DNA of 6,417 nt from Octopus sinensis (GCF_006345805.1 NW_021829330.1:1-6417); one strand, 5' to 3'. Positions 1 through 6,392 are shown, numbered from the stretch's first letter. Translations and numbers: made by a program. The notes: generated by a model from the letters alone, not told the origin.

Positions 1-268
1 TAGCGGAAGTGAGTTGTTCGTTGAATGAGAAAAGGAATGAGCGGCAAAAGGTAAACATCTGCAGGAATCTGGCGGACAGGAAAGAAAGACAAAATGGCGA
101 CGTGAATGAAAAAAGAGGAAGACGAGAGTGGTGTTGCGATAACGAGATTGTGATGTCATAAAATGTACGGCTGTACAAAACAAAATAGACAGCAGTATCT
201 TTGTGGCGACAACATTATAAAGCTAATTACGACTTGTTTATAGAGCTCAATGGAAACAAACGCTTCTC

Positions 269-735
269 TGTGTGTAAGTGTGTGTATGTGTGCATGTGTG
301 TGAGTCAGTGTGTTTGAGTTTGTGGATGCGTGTGTGATGTGTATTGCTGTCTGTGTGTGAGGAGGTGTTCATAGAAAAGTGTGTGTTTCTGTGTTTCTGT
401 ATGTGTGTATGTGTGCTTGTGTGTGTGTGTTTATCTGTGTGTATGTGTGTATGTATGTACTACGGCTGTGTGTATCTTTATGCGTTTTGGGGTGTGCATG
501 TATATGTGTCTGTATGTGTGTGTTTATCTATGTGTCTGTGTGTGTGTGTATCTGTGCATGTGTGTGAGTGTTTATGTTTTGGAATGTGCATATATGTGCA
601 TGGTTGTGTTTGTATGTGTGTTTGTGTGTAGATGTGTGCTTGTGTGCGTTTGTGTTTGTATATGCATTTGTGTGTGTACGTGTGTGTTGTATTTGTGTGT
701 GTATGTGTGTGCGTTTGTGTGTCTGTATGCGTGAG
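269..735. repeat. Degenerate (TG)n microsatellite tract
   Basis: Continuous TG dinucleotide with frequent TA/TC/TT/CG interruptions. It accounts for the Cys/Val-rich and His/Thr-rich ORFs in the track. Confidence 0.95.
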
Positions 736-789
736 TGTATGACGTATGTAATATTTCCCAGCGTTGAAATATACAGATAGACAGACAGT

Positions 790-1110
790 CACACATATAT
801 TTCCTCACTGGTGCTCACATGCACTCATTTTACACATAGACAAAGATACATTTATACAGAGACAAAAAAGCACACAAACACACACATATATACACACAAA
901 TACACACAGAAACACATACACACAAAAACACACAAACACATACACAAACACATAAACACATACAAATACAAACACATACAATCACATATATACACATTCC
1001 GGGCGTAAACACTCACGCACATGCACAGATAACACAGACATACACACACACAAATACACACATATATATACATGTACAGACAAAAGCACACATAAAGATA
1101 CACACACAGA
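790..1110. repeat. Degenerate (CA)n microsatellite tract, opposite orientation to 269-735
   Basis: CA/TA-rich from about 790, nearly continuous from about 870 (cacacaaacacacacatatatacacacaaa...). Confidence 0.9.
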
Positions 1111-1134
1111 AAGCTATATATGATGTTAAAGCAT

Positions 1135-1266
1135 TGCTTCTCAACCACATGGTTCTGGGTTCAGTCCCACTGCATGGCACCTTGGGCAAGTGTCTTCTAC
1201 TATAGCCTTGGGCTGACTAAAGCCTTGTGAGTGGATTTGGTAGATGGAAACTGAAAGAAGCCCGTC
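1135..1266 (+). mobile_element. tRNA-derived SINE, copy 1 (5'-truncated head and body; A box missing)
   Basis: B box GGTTCAGTCCC at 1158-1168. Aligns with 1329-1458 at about 113/132 positions (17 mismatches, one 2-nt gap). Runs into a GT/TA tract at 1267-1290. Confidence 0.9.
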
Positions 1267-1298
1267 GTGTGTATGTATATATATATATTATAGGACAA

Positions 1299-1459
1299 GG
1301 CGCAGGAGTGGCTGTATGGTAAAAAGCTTGCTTCCCAAACACATGGTTCCAGGTTCAATCTCACTGCGTGGCACTTTGGGTAGGTGTCTTCTACTATAGC
1401 CTCGGGCCCACCAAAGCCTTGAGTGGATTTGGTAGACGGAAACTGGAAGAAACCCGTCT

Positions 1460-1511
<52 letters not shown>

Positions 1512-1696
1512 CGTATATTTATGTTTGTGTTTGCGTCCCAGTAACTTAGCGGTTCAGCAAAAGGAACAGATAGATTAAGTACCAGGGTTTTAAAAAACCC
1601 TAGGGTCGATTTGTTCGACTACAAATACCTTTAGGGAGGTGCCCCAGCATGGCCGCAGTCTAATGACTAAAACTAATTAAACGATAAAATCAAAGA
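1299..1696 (+). mobile_element. tRNA-derived SINE, copy 2, near full length, with internal (GT)n
   Basis: Starts GGCGCAGGAG. A box TGGCTGTATGG at 1309-1319, B box GGTTCAATCTC at 1352-1362. Body has the TGGG-AGTGTCTT motif typical of SINE central domains, then (GT)21 at 1465-1506, then a 3' module (gtaacttagcggttc...gtcgatttgttcgac...ccagcatggccgcagtc...tgact) and an A-rich end. Linking the two halves rests partly on recalled octopus SINE structure. Confidence 0.8.
1465..1506. repeat. Perfect (GT)21 microsatellite inside SINE copy 2
   Basis: Uninterrupted GT run. Confidence 0.97.
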
Positions 1697-1791
1697 AACG
1701 TGTATGTGGGGGAAGGGTGTATGCATGTATGTATGTGTGTGCATGCGCGCGCACACTTGTGTGTATTTGTGCGCGTGTGCATTTCAGCGTG

Positions 1792-1992
1792 TGACAGCCG
1801 GTAAACGGTTTCAGTTTCTACACGTCCCCAGTCACTTAGCAGTTAAAGAAACCGACAGAAACAAGTAGGAAACATAAGACAAAACACAAAAAAAAAAAGC
1901 AAAACAAAACGTTAAATACCAGAATTTATTTGATCGACTAAATTCCTACAACGTATTGCTCCAACAAGGCCGCTATCCAATGACTGAGACAA
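1792..1992 (+). mobile_element. Degraded 3' module of the same SINE family (copy 3)
   Basis: cgtccccagtcacttagcagtt (1823-) matches cgtcccagtaacttagcggtt (1534-). atttgatcgacta...tgctccaacaaggccgctatccaatgactgagac matches atttgttcgacta...tgccccagcatggccgcagtctaatgactaaaac. Preceded by a GT-rich tract (1700-1790) and carries an A-rich insertion at about 1870-1910. Confidence 0.75.
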
Positions 1993-2140
1993 TAGCCAAA
2001 GCATGCGTTGTCCATACTTCATTCTGTCATTAGACAAGACCAACCACGAAGTCATTTCCTTGTCTTTGTAGAAAGTTATTTAGTAATTAGGTATCATTAA
2101 TGATTTGTTTGTTTTTTATAACTCTATATTGTTCTGTATG

Positions 2141-2172
2141 TATATGTATATTTGTGTGTGTCTGTGTGCATA

Positions 2173-2207
<35 letters not shown>

Positions 2208-2460
2208 ACACACACATATATATATATATTAACACACATATATATATATATATTCATATATATACATGTACGTATATGTACATATATATTTGGGTGAGTG
2301 TGTGTACATATACATTGATTTATATCTGTATATTATATATATCTGGTTATACATCTGCATACATATATATATATATTGTTTTAGATATGTATATTTGTTT
2401 ATATTTGTATACATACATACATATATATATATATATGAATAAATATATATATATATATTG
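2141..2460. repeat. Compound (TG)/(TA)/(CA) microsatellite
   Basis: Several (TA)n runs separated by short CA/TG blocks. Confidence 0.93.
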
Positions 2461-2520
2461 TTACATTCGGTAGCGACAGGTGTATATTACGTCTCAGTTG
2501 AGCTATTGACTTACTCACCA

Positions 2521-2575
2521 GGTGTGTGTGTGTGTGTGTCTGTATGTGTGGTGTGTGTGTTTATGTTTATGTGCT

Positions 2576-2627
<52 letters not shown>

Positions 2628-2672
2628 TGTGTGTGTGTTTATGTGCTTGTGTTTGTGTGTGTGTGTGTGTGT
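2521..2672. repeat. (TG)n microsatellite with an internal duplicated block
   Basis: Long TG runs. The block gtttatgtgcttgtgtttgtgtgtgt occurs at about 2565 and again at about 2637. Confidence 0.95.
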
Positions 2673-2850
2673 ACTTAGTTTATAAATAAACCCTTCAGCT
2701 TGCCTGTCATACGTCAAGAAACAAGAAAAAGAAAAGCAACCTCTAAGAACTTACATTGTGACACCATATTTGTCGACAGGCATCACCTTCTAGCTTAGAC
2801 CTACCTGACTAATCATACCACCAGCACAGAAACCAAACAACATACCAGGG

Positions 2851-2945
2851 CAACAACGACGACAACGACATCTGCAGAAATGGCAGCAACCACAACAACA
2901 ACAACAACAACAACAAAGAGCAAAGGCAATAGCAATAATAATAAT
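2851..2945. repeat. (CAA)n/(CGA)/(AAT)n trinucleotide region
   Basis: (CAA)8 at 2893-2916 and (AAT)4 at 2934-2945. The latter is probably the (ATT)n tail of the adjacent minus-strand SINE fragment. Confidence 0.85.
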
Positions 2946-3035
2946 TGTATCTAATTTAGGCTCAAGGCCGGCAATGTATTTAGGGATGAAGGTTTTTCGA
3001 TTACATTGACCCCCAATAGTTCAATGGTACTCTTT
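2934..3035 (-). mobile_element. 3' fragment of a second SINE family with (ATT)n tail
   Basis: Minus strand reads aaaagagtaccattgaactattgggggtcaatgtaatcgaaaaacc...ggccttgagcctaaattagatacaattattattatt. The agtacc...gggtc-atgtaatcga module parallels aagtacc...gggtcgatttgttcgac of copy 2 (1578-1620). Family assignment (Nin-domain-like octopus SINE) is from recall. Confidence 0.6.
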
Positions 3036-3063
3036 TGTTATTATTATGTGACACATCTGGAAG

Positions 3064-3417
3064 TTGATTGTTGTTGTTGTTGGGACCCCCTTCGGTCATG
3101 ACTGACCGTAGGTTTGCACCTAGAAAGTTACCCTCCCAGGCACGAGTCTGGGCAAGATTGTTAATGGAAGACCAGCAGTCGCCCATGCATACCGGCCTCC
3201 CCTCTCCATGCCACTGATGTTGTGTAAGGGAAAGGCAAAGAGGCCGATGCAGCTTGGCACCAGTGACGTTGCAGCTCATTTCTACAGCTGACTTAACTGG
3301 AGCAACGTGAAATAAAGTGTCTTGCTCAAGAACACAACACACAGCCCGGTCCGGGATTCGAGCTCACAATCTCACGATCGTAAGCTCGACGCTCTAACCA
3401 CTGAGCCATGCGCCTTC
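3064..3417 (-). mobile_element. Full-length tRNA-derived SINE (354 bp) with (CAA)n tail and 13-bp TSD
   Basis: Minus strand starts GAAGGCGCATGGCTCAGTGGTTAGAGCG. A box TGGCTCAGTGG (3408-3398), B-box-like GCTCGAATCCC (3363-3353), central TTCTTGAGCAAGACACTT motif, (CAA)n tail at 3082-3064. Perfect direct repeat ACACATCTGGAAG at 3051-3063 and 3418-3430. Confidence 0.95.
3353..3408 (-). promoter_or_regulatory. Internal RNA polymerase III type-2 promoter (A and B boxes) of the SINE
   Basis: A box TGGCTCAGTGG matches TRGCNNAGYGG. B box GCTCGAATCCC differs from GTTCGANNCC by one T>C. Spacing is tRNA-like. Confidence 0.8.
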
Positions 3418-3430
3418 ACACATCTGGAAG

Positions 3431-4226
3431 GTTGGTAGGTAAATGTAACACCCTAGATTTGCCCATAAGTTATGGCGACACGATGGGGTCACGAAATTGC
3501 AACTTTGGAGAGTATGTGCTAAGTGAGGTCTAAAGAGAAGCAAGACGTGCTATGAGTACGAACCACCGAGAGTGGTGGTATCGGAGACCTGCAAAATCCT
3601 GTGGAATTTACCTATCCAAAGAGGTCAGGTGTTGGAGCATAACAAACCGAACTGATGGTAAAGGATCAGATGAACCACATTCGCTATATAATTGATGTTG
3701 CGTGTCCGTCAAACCCACGAATAGTTTAGACGGAAGAAGAAAAAAATAGACAATTACTGTTTGTAAATTTCTCAACGAGAGATATTCAGCAACAGGACTC
3801 TAGAGTAAAGATTATTTGCCAACATAACATGGCAGTCCTGGTTTAGAACAAATTTCGCTTTAATTTGGTCCCAGAGACGATGTTTTCAGAGGCTAAATTA
3901 CAGTAACATTCGTCGTAAACCAGGACTGCTTTGTTATGTTGGCAAATAATCTTTTCTCTAAAAAATAGACGCATACAAAGTACGAAATAGCCCGGCTATG
4001 GAAAAGGAAGCAGGCAAAGAGAGTTGGGTCCTTGAGAACAGTATCAGAAGGCCCCATGGGGAATATAAAGGAAATCGGAATAGAATGCCAGAATCATCAT
4101 AAAAGTATTAGATAACTGAAAAGAACAGATAGCATGGTACCGTAGGCTGCAGGTAGTAAATCCAAATCGCTTGTAAGACACCAGGAGTTCCAACAAAACC
4201 CGAATTTAAAATAACAACAACAACAA
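3431..4226 (+). mobile_element. Fragment A: degraded 3' end of an RLE-type non-LTR retrotransposon (R4/Dong-like), interrupted by an insertion
   Basis: 3473-3649 reads WRHDGVTKLQLWRVCAK*GLKRSKTCYEYEPPRVVVSETCKILWNLPIQRGQVLEHNKP. 3655-3744 reads MVKDQMNHIRYIIDVACPSNPRIV*TEEEK. 3981-4091 reads YEIARLWKRKQAKRVGSLRTVSEGPMGNIKEIGIECQ. 4102-4119 reads KVLDN*. A short 3' UTR and an (AAC)n tail at about 4212-4226 follow. The RHD, KILW, (R/K)P(D)..IIDV..P..EK and LW..G(S/A)L motifs are the RLE C-terminus. Confidence 0.88.
3801..3960. mobile_element. MITE-like element: 45-bp inverted repeats, 70-bp spacer, TA at both termini
   Basis: Left arm 3801-3845 is TAGAGTAAAGATTATTTGCCAACATAACATGGCAGTCCTGGTTTA. 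The reverse complement of 3916-3960 is TAGAGAAAAGATTATTTGCCAACATAACAAAGCAGTCCTGGTTTA (42/45 identical). It interrupts the coding remnant of fragment A. Confidence 0.85.
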
Positions 4227-4395
4227 AAATCAGCATTACTTGGAACTGCAAGAATTCTTCGCAGGGTTCTTGAGAATTGACCAGTAAACGAGTGTCACGT
4301 TAGTCTGCTGGCTGTGGACAGCTGACACTTTCCAGCATACCCAGCAAAATAAGCTGTGAGTTTCGTATAATAACAACAACAATAACAATAATAAT
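4224..4395 (+). mobile_element. Fragment B: very short 5'-truncated RLE retrotransposon end (last codons, 3' UTR, tail)
   Basis: 4224-4280 reads QKSALLGTARILRRVLEN*, the canonical R4/Dong-type terminus, without lesions. A 3' UTR (4281-4367) unlike that of fragment A follows, then a mixed AAT/AAC tail (4368-4395). Confidence 0.85.
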
Positions 4396-4402
4396 TGTAG
4401 TA

Positions 4403-4445
<43 letters not shown>

Positions 4446-4461
4446 GGTGGTGGTGGTGGTG

Positions 4462-4492
<31 letters not shown>
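4396..4492. repeat. Compound (TAG)n-(TGG)n-(TAG)n microsatellite
   Basis: TAG run, central TGG run, TAG run. Source of the poly-T/P/L/Y/H minus-strand ORFs. Confidence 0.95.
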
Positions 4493-4632
4493 ACAATATG
4501 TCGCGCACATATGGTTGTGATGCAAGTGCCTAGTGTACCCTTATCAGATGGGTAGTCATGATGGGTCTACTAGGCTTCGTATATTTTACCCCAGTGTCAC
4601 TTTGATGGCATGCACTGCTCTCTCACTTAATG

Positions 4633-4634
<2 letters not shown>
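4493..4634 (+). mobile_element. Probable 3' end of another retroposon whose tail is the (AAT)n at 4635-4694
   Basis: Complex 140-bp segment ending ctctctcacttaatgat directly before (AAT)20. It resembles, from memory, an abundant octopus repeat end (gcacatatggttgtgatgca...tatattttaccccagtgtcactttgatgg...). No protein similarity seen; unverified. Confidence 0.45.

Positions 4635-4694
<60 letters not shown>
4635..4694. repeat. Perfect (AAT)20, 5' flank of fragment C
   Basis: Uninterrupted AAT run abutting ATT ATC TCT AGC TGC (IISSC). Confidence 0.97.
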
Positions 4695-4695
<1 letters not shown>

Positions 4696-5223
4696 TTATC
4701 TCTAGCTGCCCAGTCCTGGCTAAGAAGGAATATATTCACAGACATGACAGAGTTGGAACCTACATACATTGGAAGCTATGCCAACATTATGGAATAACAA
4801 CAGAAAAAAGATGGTATAGGCACACACCAGAAAAGGTCACAGAAAACGAGAAAGCAACCATACTCTGGGATATGCCGATACACACAGATAGAGAAATTAA
4901 GGCCAACAGACCAGATATAGTTGTCAGAGATCATGAAGAAAAAAAATGCTTCTAATTGATGTATCAATACCGGCAGATGACAACGTCTCTCTAAAGAAAT
5001 GGAGAAACTCTCAAAATACAAAGACCTGGAAATAGAGGTAACTAGAATGTGGAATCTGAAAACAGAAACAATTCCTATGATAGTAGGTGCATTAGGCATG
5101 ATAAAAAAATATTCAGACAAATACATAACAAAAACACCAGGACTTACAAACACATATAACATACAGAAAATTGCACTACTAGGCACTGCACAAATCCTAC
5201 GCAGAACACTTTCCATACAATAA
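4695..5223 (+). pseudogene. C-terminal zinc-knuckle end plus PD-(D/E)xK restriction-like endonuclease domain, broken by two 1-nt deletions
   Basis: Joined across shifts at about 4950 and 4995: IISSCPVLAKKEYIHRHDRVGTYIHWKLCQHYGITTEKRWYRHTPEKVTENEKATILWDMPIHTDREIKANRPDIVVRDHEEKKC(F)LIDVSIPADDNVSL(K)EMEKLSKYKDLEIEVTRMWNLKTETIPMIVGALGMIKKYSDKYITKTPGLTNTYNIQKIALLGTAQILRRTLSIQ*. RHD, RPD..D..EK..KY, GALG and QK.ALLGTA.ILR motifs are present, with no internal stops once the frames are joined. Confidence 0.93.
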
Positions 5224-5317
5224 CCATCAGAGCATCACAACAAATCACAGCACATACCCAAGGCACACAGAGCTGCGCTCGGTAGTGAAGTGAAAGCACG
5301 CTATAAAAATAAAACTA

Positions 5318-5320
<3 letters not shown>
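4695..5320 (+). mobile_element. Fragment C: young 5'-truncated R4/Dong-like non-LTR retrotransposon inserted in (AAT)n
   Basis: About 626 bp: coding remnant 4695-5223, 3' UTR 5224-5320 with AATAAA at 5308-5313, flanked on both sides by perfect (AAT)n. Confidence 0.93.
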
Positions 5321-5375
<55 letters not shown>

Positions 5376-5390
5376 TAAAATAATAATAAA
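5321..5390. repeat. (AAT)18 plus degenerate extension, 3' flank/tail of fragment C
   Basis: Perfect AAT at 5321-5374, then ataaaataataataaa. Confidence 0.97.
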
Positions 5391-5770
5391 TTCGAGTTAA
5401 TAGAGGTACTGCCATAAAGACTGGCGTACTATTGAAGCAACAAGACCAGATATGTTTATTGAGAACAAGAGAAATATACACAGAGATATTAAAGAAATAT
5501 AAGCATAGATTTTACAATATCTTATGATATCTTATGATATCGGAATATCAGAACCAAACAAGAGAGAAGAAGAGATTGGGGAAGACTAAGACAAGAGTTA
5601 TTCTTGTGGTAACTGGTGCATTTGGCACAACACCCAAACTGCTACCTGATAGAGTGCTAAGTGCGATGCTATATCCTGCAAGAATCCCAAGAGGACTCTT
5701 GGGACCCAAGGAAGAATTGCCACCAAACCTGAAGATGAAGTCCCTGCTAACTAATGTAGCATTTGTCTTA
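5391..5770 (+). mobile_element. Fragment D: old, internally deleted RLE retrotransposon 3' end
   Basis: 5431-5472 reads IEATRPDMFIENKR (RPD motif). The 5534 frame reads EKKRLGKTKTRVILVVTGAFGTTPKLL..SAMLYPARIPRGLLG, a decayed LWK..VIPVV.GALGT.PK.L..S..LY.ARILR..L. A putative 3' UTR follows to about 5770. Small tandem duplication tcttatgata x2 at about 5520-5539. Confidence 0.75.
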
Positions 5771-5964
5771 ATGATGAGGAGAGAAGAAGAAGAAGAAGAA
5801 GAACAAAGAAGAAGAAGAAGAAGAAGAAGAAGAGGATTGATGAGATGATGATGATGATAGGAGGAGGAGGAGGAGGAGGATGAGATGAAGAAGAGACGAA
5901 AAGAAGATGATGATGATGTGATGATGATGATGTGATGATAAGAAGAAGAAGAAGAAGATGATGA

Positions 5965-6006
<42 letters not shown>

Positions 6007-6190
6007 GTGAAGTGATGAAGAAGAAGGAAAGAAGAAGAAGAAGAAGAAGAAAAAGAAGAAGAAGATAGAAGACGAAGATGGATGATGATGATGATGATGA
6101 TGATGATGTGATGATGATTGATGATGTGATGATGAAGAAGAAGAAGAAGAAGAGAAAGCAGAAGAAGAAGAAGAAGAAGAAGAAGAAGAA
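5771..6190. repeat. Compound (GAA)/(GAT)/(GAG) microsatellite, purine-rich on + strand
   Basis: Alternating GAA, GAT and GAG runs with many irregular units. Source of the poly-S/H/I/F/L minus-strand ORFs. Confidence 0.95.
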
Positions 6191-6360
6191 GCTGTTGTGC
6201 ACTTGGCACAGCACCCAATCTGCTGCTTAAAAGATTGGAAAGTATTGCGATTGGGTTTCGCGATGTCAACCTGCAGAAAAAGTGCAGCCTTTGTATTTAG
6301 CAAGAATCTTAAGATTCCAGAGATTTCAAGAGACTTGTCAATAAACCTCAAGACAACATC
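6191..6360 (+). mobile_element. Fragment E: degraded RLE retrotransposon 3' end, same family as D
   Basis: 6199-6279 reads ALGTAPNLLLKRLESIAIGFRDVNLQK, then after shifts SA and ARILR. 6197-6224 matches D at 5616-5643 in 25/28 nt. It retains about 50 nt that D lacks. Confidence 0.75.
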
Positions 6361-6392
6361 CCCCACAACCACCAACACCACCACCACCACCG
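6361..6392. repeat. Short (CAC/ACC)n repeat after fragment E
   Basis: cacaaccaccaacaccaccaccaccacc. Confidence 0.7.

Noticed and set aside
1-268. Unique purine-rich sequence as a possible exon or promoter
   Set aside because: No ORF of note, no convincing paired splice signals, no recognisable motif.
344-1148. Cys/Val-rich and His/Thr-rich ORFs that could be mistaken for metallothionein or keratin-associated proteins
   Set aside because: Pure translations of TG/CA dinucleotide repeats, open in several frames on both strands, mostly with non-ATG starts.
2105-2717. Tyr/Ile-rich and Cys/Val-rich ORFs
   Set aside because: Translations of TA and TG microsatellites.
2676-2850. Unique segment with a possible acceptor (accttctag) before the CAA run
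   Set aside because: No donor or coding support; cannot be distinguished from intergenic or intronic DNA.
3001-3342. 113-aa minus-strand ORF
   Set aside because: Lies almost wholly within the SINE body and tail. No recognisable protein motif.
3345-3414. Possible tRNA gene on the minus strand (CTTACGA loop suggests a TAC anticodon)
   Set aside because: Acceptor and anticodon stems do not pair properly, and the sequence continues into a SINE body bounded by a TSD. It is a SINE head, and the parent tRNA cannot be assigned reliably.
3801-3960. Inverted repeat as a pre-miRNA, terminator or CRISPR-type repeat
   Set aside because: The 70-nt loop is too large for a pre-miRNA, the context is eukaryotic, and there is no repeat-spacer array anywhere in the window.
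4236-4525. Poly-Leu/Thr/Pro/Tyr/His minus-strand ORFs resembling signal peptides
   Set aside because: Antisense reading of TAG/TGG/AAT repeats.
4533-4955. 140-aa ORF as a real chimeric poly-Asn plus endonuclease protein
   Set aside because: Non-ATG start; the in-frame fusion of upstream DNA, (AAT)20 and the truncated element is expected one time in three. It ends before the remaining catalytic residues unless the frameshift is an error.
4776-5481. Minus-strand ORFs of 146 aa and 78 aa
   Set aside because: Antisense shadows of fragment C and of the (AAT)n tract.
5548-6390. 280-aa, 172-aa and 148-aa minus-strand ORFs with poly-Ser/His/Ile/Phe
   Set aside because: Stop-free reading of the GAA/GAT tract. 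The complex flanks are explained better as plus-strand RLE remnants D and E.
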